In this document: positions 36,501 through 46,568 of the stretch, piece after piece
How the letters are laid out: each line of letters begins with the position of its first letter
Numbering within the stretch: position 1 is the first letter of the stretch
NCBI GenBank assembly: GCA_965657355.1
Contig: CBFHOE010000003.1
Location: 293,145-357,144 of the forward strand
Source of the DNA: Limisphaerales bacterium
GTDB lineage: Bacteria > Verrucomicrobiota > Verrucomicrobiia > Limisphaerales > JAJOIW01
Reading direction: 5' to 3'
DNA length: 64,000 bases
Made by a program: the position numbers and the translations under genes
Notes under the pieces: model-generated
What the model saw: the letters and a program-made list of their open reading frames with translations, nothing else
What the model was told of the DNA's origin: nothing
Database searches by the model: none

Positions 36501-39056
36501 ATGGGAAGTGTTCAAATGATAGCAATCCAAAAATGGTTTTCTCTGATAATGGGAATCGCTATTTTCTTTGCTAAGACTGAGCTGCCCGGTGTTGATTACA
36601 ATAAAGATGTTCGGCGTATTTTATCCGAAAATTGCTTTGAATGCCATGGCCCCGACAAAGGCGCGCGCAAAGCTAATCTACGCTTGGACACCCAAAAAGG
36701 TGCCCACTTGTCTCGCGGTGGGATCAGGGCTATTGCTCCAGGTAATCTTTCTCAGTCTGCACTGTGGGAACGCATAACAACATCAGACCCCGATGAGGTG
36801 ATGCCCCCGCCTGAATCCAAGAAAATTATAAATATAAAACAAAAAGACATCCTTCGCCAGTGGATAGAAGATGGTGGCGAGTATGTCGATCATTGGGCAT
36901 TTATACACCCTTCTGAAACTGATTTTAGTGCTCTTCATATCGACACCAGCGAACAAAACCCGATTGATATCCTGGTTGAGAGAAATCTAAAATCCATAGG
37001 TCTTGATTTTAGTGAGCAAGCGCAACCAGAAAAATTGGTCCGAAGGTTGCATATTGATTTGGTAGGCTTACCTCCAAGTATCTCGGAGGTTGAGGAATTT
37101 GTTCAGGGTATCAAGCGCGGGCGATTGGGGTTTTATCAGTCCTATGTGGACAAATTACTAAGATCATCAGGCTTCGGAGAAAAATGGGCAAGGCACTGGC
37201 TGGATTTGGCTCGTTATGCAGATTCCAATGGCTTCCAGGCCGACCAGCTCAGGGATTCTTGGGCTTATAGGGATTGGGTGATATCCGCTCTCAATTCAAA
37301 CATGCCATACGATCGATTTACGATAGAACAGCTCGCTGGAGATTTACTTCCTCAAGCAACTTTGGAACAGAAGATTGCAACCGGATTTCATCGCACAGTG
37401 ACCTGCAACGTCGAAGCCGGTGTCCACGCGGAGAAAAATCGGGTGGATCAGGTATTTGATAGGGTGAATACGACGGCGACTGTGTGGTTGGGACTGACGC
37501 TTGAGTGTGCCCAATGTCACCACCATAAATACGATCCTATATCTACTGACGAATACTATTCTTTTTTTGCCTACTTCAATAATACTCCCCTTGAAGTTGA
37601 GCTTCCTTCCAGCGTTACCGACGTACAACACAACTTTATAGGTCCTTACCTGACTCTGCCCATGTCCAAAATTCGAAGCGAGCACAAAGATCAGCTTCGC
37701 ATCCAAGCACTCACACTCCAAAAGGCTCTTGAGTCAAAAGAGGGCGATCCCCAAAAAGGCCTGCAGGCCTGGTTAAAGGAACAGCGATCAAAAGATAACG
37801 AAGAGCAGAATAAAGAATTACTTAAAATTTTATCTCAGCCCGAAACACAATGGACAGAAGGGCAGAGGAAAAAAATTAAAGAAAAGTATTATCAATCGAC
37901 TTCCGAACTCAAGGAGACGAAGCGTGAACTGGATGAGATAAATGATAGATATCACGCAATAAAACCCTATCAAACATTGGTAATGCAGGAATTGGATAAA
38001 AAAAGGATTACCAAGGTTATGAGGCGCGGAAATTACCAGGATACTTTGCACGAGGTATTACCAAACACATTAGGCTTACTTCATGACAAAAAACCAAAAT
38101 ACCCGGATAATAGGCTTGGACTAGCGCAATGGATTACAGACAAAGATAATCCGCTTACGGCGCGAGTAGCTGTGAATAGGGTCTGGGCCGAAGTTTGGGG
38201 GGCGGGTATTGTGCGGACACTGGAAGATTTTGGTATGCAATCAGAGGCCCCTACTGATCCCATTTTGTTAGATTGGCTTGCAACCTACTTCATGGATAGT
38301 GGTTGGGATTTGAAAGCATTGCTAAAAGTAATATGCACCTCTCGTGCCTACAAACAGACATCGAGGATAAGTGGCCAACTGATGAAAGCTGACCCTGAAA
38401 ATAAATACTTTAGCAGGGGCGCCCGTTACAGAATGGATGCGGAAAGAATACGTGACTCAATGTTAGCATCTAGTGGTCTGCTTTCACAAAAAATGTTTGG
38501 GCCCCCGGTGATGCCTTATCAGCCTACAGGCGTGTGGCGGGCAGTCGGACGAAATGCACCAGTATGGCGTGAGATGAAAAATGAAGACCGCTGGAGAAAG
38601 GGAATTTATATCGTCTATAGAAGAGCAGCTCCTTATCCAAGCATGGTCAATTTTGATGCTCCGGATCGTTCTGCCTGCACTGTGTCACGACCACGAACTA
38701 ATACACCCCTTCAAGCTCTGACTCTTATGAATGATCCTGCATATATAGAGATGGCTATTGGTCTAACTGATAGAGTCATTAGGGAAGCTGAGGGAGTGGA
38801 TTTTGAAAGTAGATTGGAAATGTTATACATGCTGAGCCTTTCGCGGAAGCCAAATCCAAACGAGTTAGCCTACCTAAAGCAGGCGTATGAAAAGCATTTG
38901 AAAGATTTCCAAAAGAACACGGGCAGAGCAAAAAAACTGCTATCTCAAAAGTCGGTCTTTTATAAGCCTCATGTTCAAGACCCTGCGGAATTCGCGGCAT
39001 GGTTTTTAATTTCAACAAGCATACTGAACCTTGACGAAACAGTGACCAGAGGATAA
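36501..39056 (+). CDS. PSCyt1 + PSCyt2 (DUF1549) + PSD1 (DUF1553) protein
   Basis: [27 protein letters not shown]...VMPPPES...LRQWIEDGG is the PSCyt1 domain. [15 protein letters not shown] and [16 protein letters not shown] are DUF1549 motifs. [16 protein letters not shown] and NDP...E are DUF1553 motifs. Confidence 0.9.
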   Translation: MGSVQMIAIQKWFSLIMGIAIFFAKTELPGVDYNKDVRRILSENCFECHGPDKGARKANLRLDTQKGAHLSRGGIRAIAPGNLSQSALWERITTSDPDEVMPPPESKKIINIKQKDILRQWIEDGGEYVDHWAFIHPSETDFSALHIDTSEQNPIDILVERNLKSIGLDFSEQAQPEKLVRRLHIDLVGLPPSISEVEEFVQGIKRGRLGFYQSYVDKLLRSSGFGEKWARHWLDLARYADSNGFQADQLRDSWAYRDWVISALNSNMPYDRFTIEQLAGDLLPQATLEQKIATGFHRTVTCNVEAGVHAEKNRVDQVFDRVNTTATVWLGLTLECAQCHHHKYDPISTDEYYSFFAYFNNTPLEVELPSSVTDVQHNFIGPYLTLPMSKIRSEHKDQLRIQALTLQKALESKEGDPQKGLQAWLKEQRSKDNEEQNKELLKILSQPETQWTEGQRKKIKEKYYQSTSELKETKRELDEINDRYHAIKPYQTLVMQELDKKRITKVMRRGNYQDTLHEVLPNTLGLLHDKKPKYPDNRLGLAQWITDKDNPLTARVAVNRVWAEVWGAGIVRTLEDFGMQSEAPTDPILLDWLATYFMDSGWDLKALLKVICTSRAYKQTSRISGQLMKADPENKYFSRGARYRMDAERIRDSMLASSGLLSQKMFGPPVMPYQPTGVWRAVGRNAPVWREMKNEDRWRKGIYIVYRRAAPYPSMVNFDAPDRSACTVSRPRTNTPLQALTLMNDPAYIEMAIGLTDRVIREAEGVDFESRLEMLYMLSLSRKPNPNELAYLKQAYEKHLKDFQKNTGRAKKLLSQKSVFYKPHVQDPAEFAAWFLISTSILNLDETVTRG

Positions 39057-39060
39057 CGGC

Positions 39061-40527
39061 ATGGATCAGAATCAACAAAAATTGAGAGAGATTACCAGAC
39101 GGCTATTTTTCCAAAAAGCAGGGTATGGCATAGGAGGAGCTGCTCTTCTTAACCTGCTTAACCAAGATGTCATGGGATCAGCTCAAAGCGGGCCGGTGGG
39201 TTTTAAAACCCAGGGATTGCCAAGTGGTCTTCATCACCGCCAAAAGGCTAAGAACGTTATATTTCTCCATATGGTTGGGGCTCCTAGTCATCTGGATCTA
39301 TATGATTACAAACCCGAGCTTCAAAAAAGGACCGGCGAACTATGTCCCGATGAATTTTTTAAGGGGAAAAATTTAGCTTTTATTAGGCAGCAGCCAAATC
39401 TCATGGGAACACCGGATAAAGTAGATTTTCGGTTTTCTCCTTGTGGTGTGTCGGGGCAGATGATTTCGGATTTATTACCTCATATTCAAGGCGTTGCGGA
39501 TGAAATGTGCATGATCCGATCGTTGCATACCGAGCAGTTTAATCATGCCCCAGCACAGCTCTTTTCACTAACTGGATTTTCAAGGTTTGGAAGGCCTAGT
39601 ATTGGTTCATGGGTCAGTTATGGACTGGGGTCTGAGAATCGAAACCTGCCATCTTTTGTTGTATTGATCACAGGCTCTGTACTTGGTGCTGGGAATAGTG
39701 CCTGGGGCAGTGGTTTTTTACCAACAGTTCACCAGGGTGTTGAATTCAGAAGCAAAGGAGATCCCGTACTTTTTCTCTCCGACCCAGAGTCTTTTACTCG
39801 TAAGAATAGAAGAGATGTTGTCGATCACATCAATTACTTGAACCAAATGAATTTTGATTTGGTCAAGGATCCAGAAATAGAAACAAGGATCAGTCAATAT
39901 GAACTTGCCTACAGAATGCAGACCTCAGTTCCTGAGCTGATGGACATCAGGTCAGAGTCAAAGGCCACTCATGAAATGTACGGTACGTCTCCAGGGAAAT
40001 CGAGTTTTGCCAATAATTGTCTTCTGGCTCGCAGGTTGGTTGAGAGGGGAGTGCGATTTGTGCAATTATTTGATCAAGGTTGGGACCACCACAATAACCT
40101 CTTCAATAATCTAAAGAACAAGGTGAGGTCTGTGGATAAACCCATAGCGGCTCTGATTAAAGACCTTAAGCAGCGGGGGATGCTCGATGATACGCTTGTG
40201 GTTTGGAATTCCGAATTTGGTAGGACTCCCATGGCTCAAACGACCTCCGGAACGGGGGTCATAAATAAAAATACTGGTCGAGACCATCATAAAGAAGCCT
40301 TTTCGGTTTGGATGGCTGGTGGTGGCATCAAGCCTGGCATTTCGTATGGAGCCACAGATGACCTCGGTTATTCCATTGTTCAAGACCCGGTAACCACCTT
40401 TGATTATAATGCCACGATCCTGCACCAGCTTGGGGTCGATCACGAGAAGCTAACTTTTAAATACCAAGGCAGACAATTCAGACTGACAGATGTACAGGGG
40501 AAACCAATCTTTCCTATCATTAGCTGA
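39061..40527 (+). CDS. DUF1501 protein (sulfatase/alkaline-phosphatase-like fold, Tat signal)
   Basis: [18 protein letters not shown] is a Tat-like signal. WDHHNNL, SEFGRTP and GRDHH are hallmark DUF1501 motifs. The gene starts 4 nt after the DUF1553 gene, which is the canonical pairing. Confidence 0.9.
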   Translation: MDQNQQKLREITRRLFFQKAGYGIGGAALLNLLNQDVMGSAQSGPVGFKTQGLPSGLHHRQKAKNVIFLHMVGAPSHLDLYDYKPELQKRTGELCPDEFFKGKNLAFIRQQPNLMGTPDKVDFRFSPCGVSGQMISDLLPHIQGVADEMCMIRSLHTEQFNHAPAQLFSLTGFSRFGRPSIGSWVSYGLGSENRNLPSFVVLITGSVLGAGNSAWGSGFLPTVHQGVEFRSKGDPVLFLSDPESFTRKNRRDVVDHINYLNQMNFDLVKDPEIETRISQYELAYRMQTSVPELMDIRSESKATHEMYGTSPGKSSFANNCLLARRLVERGVRFVQLFDQGWDHHNNLFNNLKNKVRSVDKPIAALIKDLKQRGMLDDTLVVWNSEFGRTPMAQTTSGTGVINKNTGRDHHKEAFSVWMAGGGIKPGISYGATDDLGYSIVQDPVTTFDYNATILHQLGVDHEKLTFKYQGRQFRLTDVQGKPIFPIIS

Positions 40528-40646
40528 GGTGACATCAAATAACTTATCTTTTTTTATCCATATAAATGGCGTCAATAGACTGGAATTTTTAACGTTATTG
40601 GATATGGGATTGCGACATCCTCCTATTGGATTCATTCTACGTATCA

Positions 40647-41453
40647 ATGGAACTCAAAGATTGGAAACTTGAAGGAAAGACTGCATTTGTTTCAGGGGGA
40701 ACCCAAGGTATAGGTGCTGCGTGTGTGGAGAGCTTAGCCATGATGGGGGCTGAAGTTTTTCTGGCGGCACGCGACAAAGATAGATTAGATCGCAAGTTAC
40801 ACGAGTGGAAGAGTAAAGGCTTGCAGGTGGATGGAATTGCATGCGATATGTCCTCTCCAGAGAAAGTTGGCCCCGTTGTTGAAGCGCTAAACTCCAAATG
40901 GGGATCATTGGACATCCTCATAAACAATGTTGGAGGTAACAGGCGAAAGGAATCTTCAGAATATACTATTCAAGAATATCAAATGTTAATGGATTGGAAC
41001 CTGGGGGCTTCTTTTGAGATTTCCAGAAAACTGCATCCCATGTTAAAAGCTTCTGGCGATGGAAGGATTATCACTGTTGCTTCTGTAGCTGGAATGACTC
41101 ACATTCGGAGTGGGGTTGTTTATGCTATGGCAAAAGCGGCATTGATTCAGATGACCAAGAATTTCTGTGTTGAATGGGCTCGGGATGGCATCAAGGTCAA
41201 CGCCGTTAGTCCCTGGTATACGAGAACTCCACTAGTTCGGTTTTCTATTGAAGATCCTGTGAGATATAAAGGAATTATCGAGCGGACTCCACTCGGAAGA
41301 TTTGGCGAAGCGGACGAGGTGGCCTCTGCGGTAACATTTCTCGCACTGCCGGCGTCTCGATTTATTACCGGGCAATGTTTGGCCGTCGATGGTGGTTTTA
41401 TGGCCTTTGGATTTGATCCGACCGTAGCTGAAAACCCTCCTGTTGATAGCTAG
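40647..41453 (+). CDS. Short-chain dehydrogenase/reductase (tropinone-reductase-like SDR)
   Basis: LEGKTAFVSGGTQGIGAA (TGxxxGIG), NNVG and YAMAKAAL (YxxxK) are present. Confidence 0.85.
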   Translation: MELKDWKLEGKTAFVSGGTQGIGAACVESLAMMGAEVFLAARDKDRLDRKLHEWKSKGLQVDGIACDMSSPEKVGPVVEALNSKWGSLDILINNVGGNRRKESSEYTIQEYQMLMDWNLGASFEISRKLHPMLKASGDGRIITVASVAGMTHIRSGVVYAMAKAALIQMTKNFCVEWARDGIKVNAVSPWYTRTPLVRFSIEDPVRYKGIIERTPLGRFGEADEVASAVTFLALPASRFITGQCLAVDGGFMAFGFDPTVAENPPVDS

Positions 41454-41460
41454 TATAGTC

Positions 41461-41697
41461 ATGAAAAAACTTAGCAAATATTCAAAGTATCTTTATCTAA
41501 TAGCTACTGGGACAACATTGGTGGGTCTTTTATTGTGGCAATTATACTTTCAACCGGATCTGGATGCGCCAAGTGAGGCTGAGATCAATAATGCAGAGGC
41601 TATTAAGAGCTGGATGGATGGCGAGAGAGCCAAAAAGTCGGCCCTTCAAAAGACCAATCAGTCCTCGCCTCAGCCTTTTCTGCCGGGCTCGGAATAA
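41461..41697 (+). CDS. Small single-pass membrane protein (hypothetical)
   Basis: The ATG at 41461 gives MKKLSKYSKYLYLIATGTTLVGLLLWQLYF. The only support is the TM segment and the tight spacing after the SDR gene. Confidence 0.35.
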   Translation: MKKLSKYSKYLYLIATGTTLVGLLLWQLYFQPDLDAPSEAEINNAEAIKSWMDGERAKKSALQKTNQSSPQPFLPGSE

Positions 41698-41786
41698 GTT
41701 GGAAGACATTCATCTTATCCAAAATTATAGTGAGACCTGTTTGACACAGCTACTTTTTTAGCGTTATTTCTGGATGGATTAGAATT

Positions 41787-42797
41787 ATGAATTCAGAACC
41801 AGTCATTGCGATTGCCGGAGCCACCGGTGCTGTTGGCCAAGAAATGTTGGAAGTCCTCCAGAATAGGGATTTCCCGGTTAAGGACATTAAATTATTAGCA
41901 TCTGCCCGTTCCAAGGGAAAAAAATTAAACTTCAAAGGCAATGAGATCGAAGTTGGAGAGTTGAAAGAGGGGGCTTTTGAAGGTGTGGATATAGCGCTTT
42001 TCAGCGCCGGAGGTGGAACGTCGAAGGCTTTTGCCGCAGATGCGACAAAAGCTGGGGCGGTGGTTATAGATAATTCAAGTGCTTTCAGAATGGATGAGGA
42101 TGTTCCGTTAGTCATACCTGAAATAAATTCTGAAGATCTCAAGAATCACAAGGGCATCATAGCTAATCCGAACTGTTCCACTATTGTCACCCTCATGGCC
42201 CTGGCGCCCTTGCACAGGGCTTTTGGATTGAAAAGGTTGGTAGCCTCCACATACCAAGCTGTTTCCGGGACTGGGGCTATGGCCATTAAGGAATTAGAGG
42301 ATCAAGTCCAGCAGTTGACTGCGGGGCATGAAGTCAAGCCCGAGGTTTATCCGCACCAGATAGCCTTCAACCTACTTCCTCACGTCGATGCGTTTCTAGA
42401 CTCTGGATATACCAAAGAGGAGATGAAAATGGAGAATGAAGGCCGGAAGATTCTTCATCACTCAAAATTAAAAATAAGTTGTACATGCGTTCGGGTTCCT
42501 GTATATCGTGCTCACTCAATTTCAGTTGCTGCTGAATTTGAAAACCCAGTTTCAGTAAAAGGAGCGCAAGAGGCTATCTCGGCTGCTGAGGGAGTCCAAA
42601 TGAAAGATGACCCCGCAGCGAATATCTACCCAATGCCCCTTGATATTGCCGGGGAATACGATTGCTTTGTTGGGCGACTCAGGAAGGATTGTGCCTTTGA
42701 AAATGGGCTGAGTTTCTGGGTTGTCGGTGATCAGCTTCTGAAGGGAGCAGCTCTAAATGCGGTGCAAATAGCTGAAAAGTTGGTTGAAATTACATAA
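41787..42797 (+). CDS. asd: Aspartate-semialdehyde dehydrogenase
   Basis: IAIAGATGAVGQEMLEVL, IANPNCSTI (active-site Cys) and TCVRVPVYRAHS are present; the protein is 336 aa. Confidence 0.92.
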   Translation: MNSEPVIAIAGATGAVGQEMLEVLQNRDFPVKDIKLLASARSKGKKLNFKGNEIEVGELKEGAFEGVDIALFSAGGGTSKAFAADATKAGAVVIDNSSAFRMDEDVPLVIPEINSEDLKNHKGIIANPNCSTIVTLMALAPLHRAFGLKRLVASTYQAVSGTGAMAIKELEDQVQQLTAGHEVKPEVYPHQIAFNLLPHVDAFLDSGYTKEEMKMENEGRKILHHSKLKISCTCVRVPVYRAHSISVAAEFENPVSVKGAQEAISAAEGVQMKDDPAANIYPMPLDIAGEYDCFVGRLRKDCAFENGLSFWVVGDQLLKGAALNAVQIAEKLVEIT

Positions 42798-42854
42798 ATT
42801 CATTTCGATATTTGACCAAGCCGGGTGAGATAAATTACCTTCATAGTTATAAAT

Positions 42855-44447
42855 ATGAAGGTAGTCGTCTGCGACAAAGTATCTGATAGGGGAGTCGAAG
42901 TCTTTCGACAGCAAGAAGGTTTTGAGGCAATAGTTCTGGATCGTAAGCATTCAGAAGATGAAATGGTGGAAATATGTAAGGACGTATCTGCCATTGTTGT
43001 TCGATCTGAAACAAAGATCACAAAAAAAATTCTTGATAATGCGCCTGCACTCAAAGTTGTTGGTCGGGCTGGCGTAGGCGTTGATAATGTAGATGTTTCT
43101 GAGGCGACAAGGCGGGGTGTCGTCGTGATGAATACACCCAGCGGGAATACCATCTCAACATGCGAGTTGACATGCTCTATGATGTTGGCCTTGGCTCGCA
43201 ATATCCCTCAAGCCCACGCCTCCATGAAATCAGGGAAATGGGATAGAAAAGCCTTCAAAGGAAATGAGGTCTATAAAAAAACTTTGGGAATCGTAGGGCT
43301 CGGCAGAATTGGTGCCGAAGTCAGTCAACGTGCTTTGGCGTTTGGAATGAGAGTTCTTGCATACGATCCCTATCTATCGAGACCTAGGGCGGAGCAGCTT
43401 GGGGTTGAGTTGAAGGAACAATTGGATGATTTACTCGCAGAAAGTGATTATATCACTGTCCACATGCCCAAAACACCTGAAACATCGGGCATGATAAATA
43501 AGGCGTCCTTCAATAAAATGAAAGATGGGGTCAAGATTCTCAATTGTGCTCGAGGTGGAATCATTGTTGAAGATGACTTGGTTGAGGCGATCAAGAGCGG
43601 AAAGGTAGCTGGAGCTGCACTCGATGTTTACGAATCTGAGCCAGTAGCAGAGGAACATCCATTCCGGTCCATGCCGCAGGTCATCATGACTCCCCATTTA
43701 GGTGCGAGTACGGCAGAGGCTCAGGAAAATGTTGGAATAGAGGTGGCTGAAGCCATTGTTGACTTTCTCAAAAATGGTGAAGTTCGCAACGCCGTAAACC
43801 TTCCAAATCTGGATGCAAAGACTTTTGCTCGAGTTGAACCATATTTAAAATTGGCTGAAAAATTAGGAAAATTAGTTGGTCAACTTTCAGAAAAGAGGAA
43901 TGACAAATTGGTCATTACTTATGGAGGTAAGGTAACCGATGTTCCTTGTGACCCAGTTACGAGGTCTGTTCTCAAAGGGTTTTTAGAAGAGGCTGGTGGT
44001 GAAGGAATCAATGAAATCAATGTGCGCACATTGGCTGACTCCTTGGGCTTAAAAGTTGAAGAAATCAAATCGACTGAAAAGACCGATTTTACCGAGTGGG
44101 TGCATGTCGCTGCCATATCCGGAGACCAAAAAGTATCTGCTGGGGGGACTATATTCGGGACTCGGCATGATCCTCGAATTGTCCGAATTCATAGTAGAAC
44201 AGTGGAAATCGTTCCCGAAGGAACTCTTTTGTTTTATTTGAACGAAGATAAACCTGGTATTGTCGGAAATTTAGGTTCTATTTTGGGCCGACATAATGTG
44301 AACATCGCGAGTATGACTGTTAGCCGCAAATCTATTGGAGGAGATGCCTTGTCAGTGGCAAGCTTAGATTCAGTGCCTCCAGCGGAAGCCATTGCTGAAA
44401 TCGAAAGCGATCCGTCCATCACACGTGTTCAAATCGTCAATCTATAG
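42855..44447 (+). CDS. serA: D-3-phosphoglycerate dehydrogenase (long form with ASB and ACT domains)
   Basis: LKVVGRAGVGVDNVD, GIVGLGRIGAEV, NCARGGIV and TPHLGAST are present. The 530-aa protein has a C-terminal ACT-like segment. Confidence 0.92.
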   Translation: MKVVVCDKVSDRGVEVFRQQEGFEAIVLDRKHSEDEMVEICKDVSAIVVRSETKITKKILDNAPALKVVGRAGVGVDNVDVSEATRRGVVVMNTPSGNTISTCELTCSMMLALARNIPQAHASMKSGKWDRKAFKGNEVYKKTLGIVGLGRIGAEVSQRALAFGMRVLAYDPYLSRPRAEQLGVELKEQLDDLLAESDYITVHMPKTPETSGMINKASFNKMKDGVKILNCARGGIIVEDDLVEAIKSGKVAGAALDVYESEPVAEEHPFRSMPQVIMTPHLGASTAEAQENVGIEVAEAIVDFLKNGEVRNAVNLPNLDAKTFARVEPYLKLAEKLGKLVGQLSEKRNDKLVITYGGKVTDVPCDPVTRSVLKGFLEEAGGEGINEINVRTLADSLGLKVEEIKSTEKTDFTEWVHVAAISGDQKVSAGGTIFGTRHDPRIVRIHSRTVEIVPEGTLLFYLNEDKPGIVGNLGSILGRHNVNIASMTVSRKSIGGDALSVASLDSVPPAEAIAEIESDPSITRVQIVNL

Positions 44448-44471
44448 GTGCTATTCGATTAAGAGAGCAAT

Positions 44472-45533
44472 ATGAAAAATATATTTTTTAGAAATGAAAC
44501 TAATTTGCGCCGTGGTCTTTACATTGTCGCCACATCGTTTTGCATGACCCTTTTGAGCGTCGTTGCCCACTCACAAGAGACACCGGCACCAGCAAAGCAA
44601 CCCCTATTCGAAAACCCTGTCGTGGCTCAAGGAGAGGACTTCAAAATCTATAAAAATGAATTAGAGGAAGAATATATTATATACAAAAACGAGACGGAAC
44701 GGAATGGACGCATCAAGCTGAATAAAAATCTTAAACACGTCTACGAAAAAAATCTTTTAAAACGGATAGTTTTTTCAAAATTACTTCAAAGTAAGTCTAC
44801 TGAAGAGGAAAAAAAGTCGGCAAAAGATCTTACAAACCAGATTATTCAGCAAAATTTGAGTTCTGATATCAAAAAACAGTCCTTCAAGGCACAGATTCTA
44901 GCACTTGGCCTCACAGAGGAAAAATATATTAGAAAACTTGAGGAAAGAAAATTAGCGGACACAGTTTTGTTTCGCCTTATGGACTCCATGATCAAAGTTG
45001 GTGCCACAGAAGTCAAAGCCTACTATGATTCTAATCCGTCATTATTTGAAGTCCCTACGCAATACAAAGTAGCCCACATCATGTTGTCAACTCGCATGCC
45101 TGCGAGCAGCGAGAGTATTTCCTTTGCTGATATGGTTAAGAAAAAAGGAGAGGCAGAATCGATAGCAGAAGAGGCTAAAAAAGAGGGGGCCGATTTTGAG
45201 GCTTTGGTCTCAAAGTATTCTGAGGATCCACGCACGAAATCTCGTGGAGGTGTTTATGAGTTTGTGGCTGGATCACTGGACCCGGATTTTGAAAAAGTTG
45301 CCATGCAAATGGTTCCCGGGCAGATAAGTGATCCTGTTAAATCAAAATACGGTTTTCACATAATAAAATTTATTGAGATGAAACCATCCAAGATGGAGCC
45401 ATTGGAGGGTAAATTGGCGGAGGATATTACAAACCACTTGAAGTCCCAAAAATTACAAAAGAATCTTCAAGCCTTTCAAGATAAACTCATTGCCGAGAGT
45501 GATGTGGAGTTCCTCCTATCTTCAGAGAAGTAA
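44472..45533 (+). CDS. Periplasmic parvulin-type peptidyl-prolyl isomerase (SurA/PrsA-like)
   Basis: A signal/anchor segment is present. The PpiC block is KVAHIMLS...YSEDPRTKSRGGVYEFVAGSLDPDFEKVA...GQISDPVKSKYGFHIIKF. Confidence 0.8.
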   Translation: MKNIFFRNETNLRRGLYIVATSFCMTLLSVVAHSQETPAPAKQPLFENPVVAQGEDFKIYKNELEEEYIIYKNETERNGRIKLNKNLKHVYEKNLLKRIVFSKLLQSKSTEEEKKSAKDLTNQIIQQNLSSDIKKQSFKAQILALGLTEEKYIRKLEERKLADTVLFRLMDSMIKVGATEVKAYYDSNPSLFEVPTQYKVAHIMLSTRMPASSESISFADMVKKKGEAESIAEEAKKEGADFEALVSKYSEDPRTKSRGGVYEFVAGSLDPDFEKVAMQMVPGQISDPVKSKYGFHIIKFIEMKPSKMEPLEGKLAEDITNHLKSQKLQKNLQAFQDKLIAESDVEFLLSSEK

Positions 45534-45581
45534 GTGCTTTAACTCAGATCTGAAGATTTTTTTGAAGACTCTTTTTGGGAT

Positions 45582-46568
45582 TCAAAGCTTCGAAATCCTA
45601 TGCACCTCAACTTCTGGGATCTCACTCAAAAGGCGATTCATTTGAGCTTCATCAAGAATGTGCGCCAGTGTGGCCAGTCCATCTGCGAGGGCGCATGAGT
45701 GAGCGATTACTGTAATGGATTCGTATTGTATTTCTATAGGGGAACCCGTTTTTGGATTTAAGATGTGAGAATAAACTTTCTCGCCAATTTTAAAGTTTTT
45801 CTGATTATGTCCGCTGGTTGCCAGGCACTGATTTATAAGTTGGTATTTTTTATTACGGCCTCTCATTGGGTGCGATGAATCGGGGGATACAATCCCAACA
45901 GTCCAATATTCATTATTTATTTTTTTTCCTCTCGCAGCTACTTCTCCTCCAACGTTGATGATGTAATTATTGATTTTGTTTTTACTGAGGTAGTTTGAGA
46001 CCAGGTCTACGGCAAACCCTTTTGCTATTGATGACAAATTGAGTTGTAGTTCCTTTTGAGTTTTTAAAACCGACTTTTCATCGGTGTTTATGGCCAATTT
46101 GTGATAGCCAACTTTTGCCAGCGCACGTTTGATGAGCGGCTCATCAGGTATGACGTTTCCTTTTTTCGTACCAAAGCCCCAAAGGTCAATGAGCGGACTA
46201 AGGGTAGGATCTATTAATCCATCAGATTTTTCGGCAAGGTCAATGGCAAGCTTTAAAAGTTCGAATGCGTAATCAGGTGCTGCAACTGGTATGCCTGAAG
46301 GGGAGCTGTTAAATTTGTTAATCCAGCTATCAGGATTCCAGTTTGATACCTGGGCATCTAGTCGTGCAAAAATACCTTGGATTTCCGATTTGAGTGATTC
46401 TTCCTCTGTGTAATGCTTTGCCCAATAGGTGATAGTGAAAAACGTTCCCATCGTATCCCCATGTATGTGCTTTAGCGAAGGTGGGGGGTGACAGGATAGA
46501 AGCGGAGCCAATGAGACGAGTAGGACAAGCGTCTTAAGGCCTTTGAATTCTGATAAGAACTTTTTCAA
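45582..46568 (-). CDS. apbE: FAD:protein FMN transferase (ApbE family) lipoprotein
   Basis: GDTMGTFFTITYW..., then IDPTLSPLIDLWGFG, AKGFAVD and GLATLA are present. A TTG at 46568 gives the lipoprotein signal MKKFLSEFKGLKTLVLLVSLAPLLSC; the ORF-track ATG at 46652 would add 28 non-signal residues. The gene overlaps the upstream gene by 35 nt. Confidence 0.85.
   Translation of the reverse strand: MKKFLSEFKGLKTLVLLVSLAPLLSCHPPPSLKHIHGDTMGTFFTITYWAKHYTEEESLKSEIQGIFARLDAQVSNWNPDSWINKFNSSPSGIPVAAPDYAFELLKLAIDLAEKSDGLIDPTLSPLIDLWGFGTKKGNVIPDEPLIKRALAKVGYHKLAINTDEKSVLKTQKELQLNLSSIAKGFAVDLVSNYLSKNKINNYIINVGGEVAARGKKINNEYWTVGIVSPDSSHPMRGRNKKYQLINQCLATSGHNQKNFKIGEKVYSHILNPKTGSPIEIQYESITVIAHSCALADGLATLAHILDEAQMNRLLSEIPEVEVHRISKL

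Noticed and set aside
41750-43201. Antisense ORFs 41750-42142 (-) and 42800-43201 (-) over the starts of asd and serA.
   Set aside because: The plus-strand frames carry diagnostic asd and serA motifs. The antisense products are Ser/Thr/Ala-rich with no recognisable domain.
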